Positions 52,078 through 60,076 of a stretch of DNA of 64,000 bases are shown in pieces (positions within the stretch are counted from its first letter, which is position 1; every line of letters starts with the position of its first letter). The DNA lies in assembly GCA_018780435.1 (NCBI GenBank), contig JADMJS010000204.1:9957-73956 (forward strand). Direction: 5' to 3'. The notes under the pieces are model-generated. The model made no database searches and was not told the DNA's origin. It saw only the letters and a list, made by a program, of their open reading frames with translations. A program made the translations under genes and the position numbers. The DNA is from Myxococcales bacterium. Lineage in GTDB: Bacteria; Myxococcota_A; UBA9042; GCA-2863065.

Positions 52078-54887
52078 TCCGGGGCAGCGGCTCCGCAACT
52101 ACCGTCTTCAAGGCAGATCGCCTCTTCGAGCACGGTGCCGCCGCTGGCGAGGTAACGCGCGAGGATGTTGCGGAAGTAGGTGCCCCAGTCGAACTCGGCC
52201 TTCGGGTCGGAAAGTGCAATGAACTCGTGGTCATCGACGGGGGCGTGCCTCACGGCGCTCACCCCGCTGGCGGTCGAGATGACGGGGAGCCGGCCGAGGC
52301 CGACGCCCGTCTCGAAGAGGTCGTCGATGTCCCAGGTTCCGGGTTGCGCGAGTGCGTCGCGTTCGATGAAGGCGTCGGTGACCGGGAGCGCTTGGTCGTC
52401 GGTCAGGCCGTGTAGGCCGGCGGCGCGGTCCCACGCGACCATCGACGAGAAGGGCACGGTTCGGTCGCCGGTGTCGGTGATGTGCAGGATGTTTCGGGGC
52501 GCCATGCCGGCTAGCGGCTCCCGGATGAGGTGGCGCGCCCACGCGATCGGATCGCCGCGATCAAGGCCGATCTGCGCGACCTGGAGGAGCCGCCGCATGC
52601 GCCACGTGTTGCGCTTTCGAGCCATGCCGTCGTGGAGCGCGTTCAACGTGATGGTGTCTCCGACCTGTTTTCCGTCCGTGTCCCGGAAGGTCATGACGAG
52701 CGGGTCGCCTTGGTCGGCGGCGACCGCGACGAAGAAGCCGCCTTCAGGGCTGATGACGGCCGTGTCGGTCGCTTCCGGGAGCGCCGAGTCCACGAGACGC
52801 GGGTTCTCGAGCGTGACGGTGCCGCCGGGCACGGACGGCGCGCGGCCGACCTCGGCGCGTGCGACGCGGTCGGGGTCGTCGCAGCCATTGGCGAGGTTGT
52901 TCCAGGAGAGGGAGATGGGCGCTTCGGCGTCCCGGTCGGCGTCCGGGCAACCGATGATCGCAGGGCCGATCGCTTCGGTGAGGACGGGCTCCACGGCGCT
53001 CGCGAGCGTCGTGCGGACGAGGATGTCGGTCATGCCACCGCCGGACACGATGGGCACACCGGCCTTCAATTGAGGCTCCACGGCCATGAGGACCGAGGTG
53101 TGGATGCCGCCGAGCGATGTCCCAGCGGCGACGAACGTGGCGTCTGGGCCGCCGACGTCGAGGACGCCGTCCGCATTGAAGTCACCGGCCAGCAAGTTCG
53201 GCATCAGCGTCTCGACATCGGCCGTCTCGGGGTCCTTCACCGCCTTCGGTACGGCGCCGGGGTCGAGGCGTTGCAATGTGCGCAGCACCATCATGGTGTC
53301 GATGAGTGTCTGTTGGCTGTTGCCGCTGAGCGCGAAGGCGTCGGGGACGAAGTAGCCGTCGCCGGAGAGGAGGAAGCCGTCGCCATCGAGGTCTTCGGAG
53401 CGGCCGTCGACGAAGATGGTCTGCCAGAGGCCGACCGGGCCGAGGTCGTCGAATATCTCGGACGTCTCTTTGCCATTGTAGTCATAACCATCACCGAGGA
53501 CGATCTGCGCGACGGCGCCAAGCACCAGCGCGACGAGCTCCGGCGGGTAGTCCTTGGCTTGCGACTCGACGATGGCCTCGATATCACCGCCAAAGGGGCC
53601 GTGCCCGACGGCGTCGATGCCCAGCGCGGCGAGGCCCTGCTCCGCGAGCTCGTTGGCGATGAGCGTGAGCTCGAAGCGCGAGGTTCGAGCGCCATGGCTG
53701 TAGAGCACGACGGGGAAGGGAGGTTTGTGTTTGTCGGTCGTGCGCGGGACCGAGAGCGTGAAGGGCACACTGGCGGCTTTGTGTTCGATCTCGCCCGTCG
53801 CGCGATTGGGCCAGAGTCCGCCCTCGGCTGAGCGCAGATCGGGCATCTCCATGGTGCCGTAGACGAAGTAGTCGATGTGGTCGAACTTGACCTTGTCGAG
53901 CGCGTAACCTGTCGCCGAGAAAGGCGAAAGAAGCACCTTGAGGAAGTCCGGGTTCAGGATGAACGGGTTCTTGGGGCGCGTGTCATCGGGCTCGATCTTC
54001 GCCTTCTCGAGTCCCAGGTTCGTGACGGACGCGATACGGCCGGGATATTTCTCCTTGAGCCAGCCGAAGACGCCCTTTCCGTCGAGCCCCTCGCGGAGAG
54101 CTACGAGATTCTCCGACAGCGACTGCGTGGTGAAGACCCACGCGAACGAGATCGCGGCGGCCCCGCCGTTCACGGCCGCGACCGCCGGCTTCAGCGCGTC
54201 GGTCTGCGCGGCCGCGTTGACAGCCACGAACGGTGAACGAACCGGATCGCCATTCAGGCCCTTCACGGCGCGGGTGAGCACGACCGCATAGCGCGTCTTC
54301 GGGCGGAGCGGGCGTAGCGGCCGAATCATCAGCGTGTTGGTTGCCACCTCCCAGTGTTCGACGCGCGTGTCCCCGACGGTGTTGTCGAGCGGGAAGACGA
54401 GGTCGGGCAGCTCGGAGTCGGGATCGAAGGGGAAGACCTTGCGCGGACGAAAGGCCGCTGGGTAAGCGCCGCGATCGAGATCGAGGGCCTGGCGCTGCCC
54501 AAACTCCGGAGAGTCTGGGCTGACGTCGATGAGCAGCACCGACTCGTCCGTGACCGTCGAGAGGTCGAGCGGCGCGTTGAACGAGACGGTGATCATGCCA
54601 AAGAGGCTGAAGCCGTCGAGCCGGTTCAAGCGCTCGCGGAGGTGTCGCTCGACGTGGAGCGGCGAGGTGACCGACAGATTGAGCCGGCGCCCGGTGAGTG
54701 AGGCCGGGTCGAGGACCGTCGCAGAGTCGTTCGGGAACGGGACCTCCGGCTCGGGCTTTCGCTCCGGATCCCAGACGACCATGGGGCCCGCGCCGGTCGC
54801 GGACGGTCCGAGGCCGGTGGGCGGATCGCCCGCGCAGCCGATGAGAGCGAGGAGGAGAACGGCGGCGGGGCGTGCGGTCGACGTCAC
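52074..54887 (-). CDS. large lipoprotein, lipase-like alpha/beta hydrolase
   Basis: The GTG start at 54887 is followed by the lipobox 'LLALIGC'. The N-terminal 'VPFPNDSATVLDP' resembles the bacterial virulence-factor lipase N-terminal domain. Motifs: 'VVLYSHGARTSR' and the nucleophile elbow 'AAGTSLGG'. Confidence 0.75.
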   Translation of the reverse strand: MTSTARPAAVLLLALIGCAGDPPTGLGPSATGAGPMVVWDPERKPEPEVPFPNDSATVLDPASLTGRRLNLSVTSPLHVERHLRERLNRLDGFSLFGMITVSFNAPLDLSTVTDESVLLIDVSPDSPEFGQRQALDLDRGAYPAAFRPRKVFPFDPDSELPDLVFPLDNTVGDTRVEHWEVATNTLMIRPLRPLRPKTRYAVVLTRAVKGLNGDPVRSPFVAVNAAAQTDALKPAVAAVNGGAAAISFAWVFTTQSLSENLVALREGLDGKGVFGWLKEKYPGRIASVTNLGLEKAKIEPDDTRPKNPFILNPDFLKVLLSPFSATGYALDKVKFDHIDYFVYGTMEMPDLRSAEGGLWPNRATGEIEHKAASVPFTLSVPRTTDKHKPPFPVVLYSHGARTSRFELTLIANELAEQGLAALGIDAVGHGPFGGDIEAIVESQAKDYPPELVALVLGAVAQIVLGDGYDYNGKETSEIFDDLGPVGLWQTIFVDGRSEDLDGDGFLLSGDGYFVPDAFALSGNSQQTLIDTMMVLRTLQRLDPGAVPKAVKDPETADVETLMPNLLAGDFNADGVLDVGGPDATFVAAGTSLGGIHTSVLMAVEPQLKAGVPIVSGGGMTDILVRTTLASAVEPVLTEAIGPAIIGCPDADRDAEAPISLSWNNLANGCDDPDRVARAEVGRAPSVPGGTVTLENPRLVDSALPEATDTAVISPEGGFFVAVAADQGDPLVMTFRDTDGKQVGDTITLNALHDGMARKRNTWRMRRLLQVAQIGLDRGDPIAWARHLIREPLAGMAPRNILHITDTGDRTVPFSSMVAWDRAAGLHGLTDDQALPVTDAFIERDALAQPGTWDIDDLFETGVGLGRLPVISTASGVSAVRHAPVDDHEFIALSDPKAEFDWGTYFRNILARYLASGGTVLEEAICLEDGSCGAAAPE

Positions 54888-54894
54888 GTTGGGT

Positions 54895-56727
54895 TTACTG
54901 CTTCGCGGCGGCTTTGGAGAGGGCCTCGAAGGCCTCGCCGGCGTACGCGTTTGGATCGTTGAAGACGACGATGTGCTCTCGGTCGATGACGAACTCGGTC
55001 GGGAAGGCCTCGACGCCGGAGTCGATGAGCTTCCGGTCGTTGCCCGCGTTGTCGATCCAGATGTCGAACTCGATGCCGTGGTTCTCGCGGAAGACCGCGA
55101 TCTGCTCGGCGGTGTCGCCTTCCATCGCGATACCGAGGACGGCGGCGTTCGGGTTGCCGAGCTCGTTCAACTGGCGTTGAAGCTCGGGCAGCTCCTGGGC
55201 GCAGGCGCCGCACCACGTCGCGAAGTAGACCATGAGCACGGCCTTGCCGTTGAAGCGCTCGGTCAAAGTGACGTCGTTGCCGGTGAGCGAGTCGACGAAG
55301 ACCATCTCCGAGTTCGGGTCGACCGGGCGCCCCACTTGCGCGCCGGTGCCCGCATTGGCCGTGATCTTGATGGTGACGGTGCCTTCGTCCGGATCGTTGG
55401 ACTTCACCGTGAGGAGGGCCGTCACCGGCTGGTCGTCGGCAGGCTCGAAGCTGACTTGGATGAGCTCCTTGCCGCCGGGCTCGATGGTGCCCGAAGTGGC
55501 GTCCGAGAGACCTGGAATGGCGAGGTTCACCTCGAAGAGCGGGTTGTCCATCGAGAGCTCGGCGATCTCGAGCGGCTTGTCGCCGAGGTTCTGGACGACG
55601 ATCCCCTTTCCTTTCTTGAGGTTGGCGACACCGAAGTCGATGGAGAGCCGGTCGAGGCGCATGTCCGGGACCGGGCGGTCGATGGCCGTGGCGAGCGACC
55701 AGAGCGCCGACCACTCCGCGGCGATGGCGAGGGAGCCGATGGCGGCCACGCTGATCACGCGCGCGCGCGCTTTGGTCTGCGACGGGAGCAGCTCGGAGCC
55801 GACGAGCGTCGGGGCGCCGCCGCTGCCGTCGAGGACGACGAGGTCTTCGGTGTTCGCGAGGAAGACGAGGCCATTCTCGCCCACGGCGACGTCGGTGGCG
55901 GAGGCGTGGCTCTCCCAGGTGGGCGTGAGCAGCGCCGGGGTGTCGCCGGAGATGTCGATGCCAGCGGCGATGGCGAGCCCGGCCGCATAGAGGCGGTCGC
56001 CGTCGAGGGCGAGGCGGCGAACGGTCGCGCCCGGGATCTTGGTCTCGTTCACGATGGCGGGTTTGGTCGGGTCCGAGACGTCGACCTCGGCCACGCCCGA
56101 GCGGCCGTTCGCCACGAAGAGCCGGTCGCCGGAGATAGCGAGCCCGAGCGCCTGCTCGAAGCCGCCGAGTGTCGCGACGGGCTTCAGGGCCTCACCGTCG
56201 ATCTGGAAAACGGCGAGGCCCTCCGGCCCGAGCGCGACGAAGACGTGGGTCTCGGTCACGAGGAGCGAGTCCGCGAGGACGTCGGTGCCGCCCGTGACGA
56301 GCGGCGCGATCGTTGCGCCCGCCGCACCCGGTGCGAAGGCGGCGATCCAGCCGCCCGGCTCACCACGCCGTGGCCCGAGCGCCCAGATCTTGCCGTCTGG
56401 GCCGACCGTGACTTCGAAGCAGCCGTCGCCTTCAGGGAACTTGGCGCCTTCGGTCGCGATCTTCAGCTCGCTCCCGTCGACGGACGCGACGCGGAGCCCA
56501 TGCTGACCCGTGCAGGCGTAGACGTGCTCGGCGTCCGCCGTGATGCCATTGAAGAGGGTCCCTTCGAGGCCATCGAGCTGGGACATGGGCGCGATGTCGT
56601 CGTCGCCCTCGGGAACGACGACGCCATTGCTCGTCGTACCGCCGCTCGACGAACCACACCCGAGGCCGAAGGACAGGAGGACCGGCGCGAGTACCCGGCG
56701 AGACGAAAGACCGAAAGAGCGCTTCAT
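54895..56727 (-). CDS. lipoprotein fusing an LVIVD-like beta-propeller, an Ig-like domain and a TlpA-type thioredoxin domain
   Basis: The ATG at 56727 is followed by the lipobox 'LLSFGLGC'. There are LVIVD-type strands ('GVAEVDVSDPTKPAIV', 'GLAVFQIDGEALKPV') and an Ig-like 'LSIDFGVANLKKGKGIVVQNLGDKPLEI'. The C-terminal 'VLMVYFATWCGACAQELPEL' contains the CxxC motif. Confidence 0.8.
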   Translation of the reverse strand: MKRSFGLSSRRVLAPVLLSFGLGCGSSSGGTTSNGVVVPEGDDDIAPMSQLDGLEGTLFNGITADAEHVYACTGQHGLRVASVDGSELKIATEGAKFPEGDGCFEVTVGPDGKIWALGPRRGEPGGWIAAFAPGAAGATIAPLVTGGTDVLADSLLVTETHVFVALGPEGLAVFQIDGEALKPVATLGGFEQALGLAISGDRLFVANGRSGVAEVDVSDPTKPAIVNETKIPGATVRRLALDGDRLYAAGLAIAAGIDISGDTPALLTPTWESHASATDVAVGENGLVFLANTEDLVVLDGSGGAPTLVGSELLPSQTKARARVISVAAIGSLAIAAEWSALWSLATAIDRPVPDMRLDRLSIDFGVANLKKGKGIVVQNLGDKPLEIAELSMDNPLFEVNLAIPGLSDATSGTIEPGGKELIQVSFEPADDQPVTALLTVKSNDPDEGTVTIKITANAGTGAQVGRPVDPNSEMVFVDSLTGNDVTLTERFNGKAVLMVYFATWCGACAQELPELQRQLNELGNPNAAVLGIAMEGDTAEQIAVFRENHGIEFDIWIDNAGNDRKLIDSGVEAFPTEFVIDREHIVVFNDPNAYAGEAFEALSKAAAKQ

Positions 56728-57218
56728 CGTGATTCCTTCTCCCGCCGCCCCGCCGCTGCACAGGCGACCCAACGCAGGAAGCCCAAGAGAGTAGCCGATG
56801 AAGGGCGCGTAATCCACAGGGGCGCGCGCCGACGTTGCGTCAGTCGAGGGGCTCGTGAGCGTCGGGTGCGTGCCCCGCCAAAGGACCAACGGTTCAGAGA
56901 CCGCCAGCGCCGAGGCGACACGCCGTCAGCTCCCGGGCCAGGAGGTCCACGATCCATGGACGCACTCGCGCTCGACGTCGCGGGCTCCATCTCACGCGGC
57001 CTCGTGAGCAAGTTTCAGCCGTGTTTGCCTGAGGACGATGAACGACGCCTCGTGGCCGAGCGACTCCTCGATGTGGAGGGCGCGACGCGGGCAACCTGGG
57101 GTTCACCACAGGTCGTTTGAGTCGGTAGTCGTACAAGGAAGTACCCGTCGTGGCGCCCACGAGGCAAGATCATGTTGCGCTCTCTTGTGCCTCACCAAAC
57201 AAGAGCTAGGCTGCTCGC

Positions 57219-57473
57219 ATGAGCACCTTGACGACCGTCTCTGTTCGAAATCAAGTAAGCATCCCGGCCGAGCTTGCTCGGGAGCTTGGGATCGAGCCGG
57301 GATGCCGACTCGAATGGAATCGGGGAACCACACCGAGGACGCTTGTCGTGACCATCGTCCCAGACAAACGAACTCTGGCCCGGGAACTACGCGGGAGAGG
57401 GCGTGAGCTGCTGCAAGACCCCAAAGGTAGCGTGGTCGAAGACCTAGTGGCGCTCCGGTTGGCCGAAGACTGA
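57219..57473 (+). CDS. vapB: AbrB/SpoVT-type antitoxin
   Basis: The swapped-hairpin motif is 'VSVRNQVSIPAELARELGIEPGCRLEW'. Length is 84 aa. The stop is 1 nt before the vapC ATG. Confidence 0.85.
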   Translation: MSTLTTVSVRNQVSIPAELARELGIEPGCRLEWNRGTTPRTLVVTIVPDKRTLARELRGRGRELLQDPKGSVVEDLVALRLAED

Positions 57474-57474
57474 C

Positions 57475-57870
57475 ATGGCGGGCGTACTCCTCGATACGAC
57501 GGCTCTCTTGTGCCATTGGTTCGACGAGCCCGGCGCGTCTCGGGTGGACGACATCCTGGCAACGGAGCTCGTGTTCATTGCGGCGGTCTCGGAGTTCGAG
57601 TTCGTCGTCGTCGCTACGCATCGGGGCATCGAGCGGTCTGTCGCGGAAGCCGCCTTCGGACGCTACAGCGCTCTTTCGGGAGACACGGTGCCCATCACGC
57701 AGACCATCGTGCGGCGCGCACTCGCTCTCCGTGCTGCGGCGAAAGGTCGCATCCCGACGGTTGACTGTCTGATCGCGGGTGTTGCCGCGGAGAGGGGACT
57801 GCGCCTGGTCCACCGTGACGAGCACCTGTCGGCCACGCCAGTCGACTTCTGCGTGCAGGAGAAGCTCTGA
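57475..57870 (+). CDS. vapC: PIN-domain toxin
   Basis: Motifs in canonical PIN acidic positions: 'VLLDTTAL', 'AVSEFEF', 'PTVDCLIAGVA' and 'HRDEH'. Length is 131 aa. Confidence 0.85.
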   Translation: MAGVLLDTTALLCHWFDEPGASRVDDILATELVFIAAVSEFEFVVVATHRGIERSVAEAAFGRYSALSGDTVPITQTIVRRALALRAAAKGRIPTVDCLIAGVAAERGLRLVHRDEHLSATPVDFCVQEKL

Positions 57871-57897
57871 GGACCGAACAGGACGCCCATCCCGCCG

Positions 57898-59076
57898 TCA
57901 AACCCTCATCAACTCTCGTAATCCGGTACGCCACTCGCGACACTTCACGGCGCCGATGTCGAGCGAGGTTGGGTCGCGGGACAGCCAGTAGGCCTCGTCG
58001 ATTCCGAGGGAGGTCGTGAGTGATTCGAAGCGGTGGAGGCGGTCGGGGTCGACACGGTCGGCGGACTTGATCTCGATGGCGATGGTTCGGTTGCCGCCGC
58101 TGAGGATGAGGTCGATCTCGGCGCCGTCTTTCGTCGCGAAGTAGGAGAGGCGAAAGTCTCGGCTCAGCGTCTCGTTCAGGCGGTGGGCTTCGGCGATGAC
58201 CAGGTGCTCGAAGGCCTCGCCGAAAGCGGCCGTGCGGGGATGTAGCGGGACGTCGAGCGTGCGGTCGAGCGCGCGCTTCACGCCGGGATCGAACAAGTAG
58301 AACTTCGGGTGTTTGCCCTGGGCGCGTCGAACGCTCCGGTCCCACGCGGGCAAGAAGAAGCCGACCAGGGTGTCTTCGAGGATGTCGAAGAAGCTGCGGA
58401 TCGTCTTGTCGTCCACGCGGCCCACGTCCCTCGCGATCGCGGCCATGTTCAAGACCTGGCCGTTGTGCTGGGCAGCCACCTCGAGAAACTCTCGGAAGGG
58501 GTCGAGTCGACGAGTGAGCTGTTCGAGCTGCACTTCTTCGCGCAGGTAAGTGAGCGCGTACGCTCTCAGGCGTTGACTGCGAACGGTCTCGGACGGATGC
58601 AGGATGATCCCGGGTAGTCCGCCGAATCGTAGCGCCGCGTCGAGGTCGAAGGCGTCCCCGAGCTCGACGAAGGAGAACGGCGCCAAGTGGTGAACCACCG
58701 CACGACCGGCCAAGAGGTTGGCCGCCCCGCGCCGCAACTTACGGGCGCTCGAGCCGGTCAGCGCGAAGCGAACGCCGGTCGACACGATCAGGCGGTGCAC
58801 CACGTCGAGGAGCCGCGGCGCCTTCTGAACCTCGTCGATCACCACCCAGTCGAGCGCCCCCTGCGTGAGATGCGCGCGCACCTCCTGTTCGAGTCGTTCG
58901 GGGGACCGGATCAGACGGTCCTCGACCTCCGGGTCGAGCAAGTCATAGACCTTCACTCGTTCGGGCGGGTGCAGGGGCAAGAGGCCGTCCCAAATGAGCG
59001 TCGACTTGCCGGTGCCCCGCGCCCCAAAGAGGAAGAAGGTCTCTAATTCTGAAAGGTTGGTGAGTCGTCGGATCAT
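57898..59076 (-). CDS. AAA+ ATPase with a DUF4143 / PD-(D/E)xK-like C-terminal domain
   Basis: Walker A 'GARGTGKST' and Walker B 'WVVIDEVQ'. The C-terminal 'DGAEIDLIL...IAIEIKS' has a D...E.K nuclease-like motif. This is the architecture of the common AAA_14+DUF4143 family. Confidence 0.85.
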   Translation of the reverse strand: MIRRLTNLSELETFFLFGARGTGKSTLIWDGLLPLHPPERVKVYDLLDPEVEDRLIRSPERLEQEVRAHLTQGALDWVVIDEVQKAPRLLDVVHRLIVSTGVRFALTGSSARKLRRGAANLLAGRAVVHHLAPFSFVELGDAFDLDAALRFGGLPGIILHPSETVRSQRLRAYALTYLREEVQLEQLTRRLDPFREFLEVAAQHNGQVLNMAAIARDVGRVDDKTIRSFFDILEDTLVGFFLPAWDRSVRRAQGKHPKFYLFDPGVKRALDRTLDVPLHPRTAAFGEAFEHLVIAEAHRLNETLSRDFRLSYFATKDGAEIDLILSGGNRTIAIEIKSADRVDPDRLHRFESLTTSLGIDEAYWLSRDPTSLDIGAVKCREWRTGLRELMRV

Positions 59077-59173
59077 ACTCCGAGATTCTCGCCATTTTCC
59101 GGAACGTGGTCAATTCAGGCTGATCGGACGCACGACATGTCGGCTTCTGTGTCGTTGATACGCGGCGTTCGCG

Positions 59174-59953
59174 TCACCCGCCGCACTGCAGCGCGTCGAT
59201 CGCGGTGGTCGCGCCGTCGCAGTGCCAATCGAGCATCCAGCCCGCGACGAGGGCGAGGACAAGGGCGGTGAGCAACATCCACCAGGTCGATCGCCAGATG
59301 GAGTTCAGCCAGTGGTCCGTGTCGGCCCGGCTCACCGATCGCTGGACGGCGGCGCCCAGAGCGGCGTGGAAGACCGCGTCACCCAGAATCGCGGGCGCCT
59401 CCCAGATGGCGTAGGCCCCGAGCCCCATGACGACGGCGACCACGATCCCAATGACGATGAGCACGACCGCGCCCTCGCCGTCTCCGAGGTCGAAGGAGCC
59501 GCCAACGGTGGCATCGGTCACCTCGCCGGCCGCTTCCGCTATGTCGCCGACGTTGCTCTCGCCTTCGCGCCGGGGAGGCATGGCGGCAAACGCTGCGACT
59601 GCGGCCGCGGGAACGGGCGGGTGGTCGGCTCGGTCCATGATGAAGTAGCGGATCCAGATCCACACGAAGGCCAGAAAGCCCGCGTATGCCACCAGGACGA
59701 CCACTGGGTAGCGGGCCCCCATGGACTCCAATCCGGCGTCCCGAAGGCTCGACGTCGCTACCGCTCCGAGCGCGACCATCGCCAAGATCATGGCCATCAT
59801 ATGGCGACGGAGCGAGTAGCGCTTGGCGATCGTGGCGCGGAATTCGCGCTTCATGGACTCGAGTCGGCTCGGGTGTGAGCCCGACGGCGAAGGCTTTGCG
59901 GGCGTGGAAGGGGGCATGGTGCGCAGTGATCCACGGGGAGGGGTTGTGAGCAA
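59174..59953 (-). CDS. hypothetical integral membrane protein
   Basis: It has four clear hydrophobic helices. I recognise no family. The start is uncertain (59953, or the internal ATG near 59854). Confidence 0.55.
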   Translation of the reverse strand: MLTTPPRGSLRTMPPSTPAKPSPSGSHPSRLESMKREFRATIAKRYSLRRHMMAMILAMVALGAVATSSLRDAGLESMGARYPVVVLVAYAGFLAFVWIWIRYFIMDRADHPPVPAAAVAAFAAMPPRREGESNVGDIAEAAGEVTDATVGGSFDLGDGEGAVVLIVIGIVVAVVMGLGAYAIWEAPAILGDAVFHAALGAAVQRSVSRADTDHWLNSIWRSTWWMLLTALVLALVAGWMLDWHCDGATTAIDALQCGG

Positions 59954-60076
59954 CTTCAGCGACGTCTCCGTGGGGTCAGCGGCTTAAGGTCGCTTAAGGA
60001 ACCCCTATCATCGGACTCCGCTAGGTTGCAGGTGCCCCGGCTCGCTCACGGCCGGTGATGATACCGAGGTGACCCG

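Noticed and set aside
54529-57120. An 863-aa plus-strand ORF spanning the propeller-thioredoxin gene region, and a 276-aa minus-strand alternate-frame ORF (54884..55714).
   Set aside because: They are junk-like, Arg/Gly/Asp/Glu-rich. The minus-strand 54895..56727 frame carries a lipobox, LVIVD strands and a WCGAC thioredoxin motif.
56955-57120. A 55-codon plus-strand ORF ('MDALALDVAGSISRGL...') with an AGGAGG 10 nt upstream, in the gap before vapB.
   Set aside because: It is short and has no family resemblance. It is merely the tail of the spurious 54529..57120 frame. I cannot exclude a small protein without expression data.
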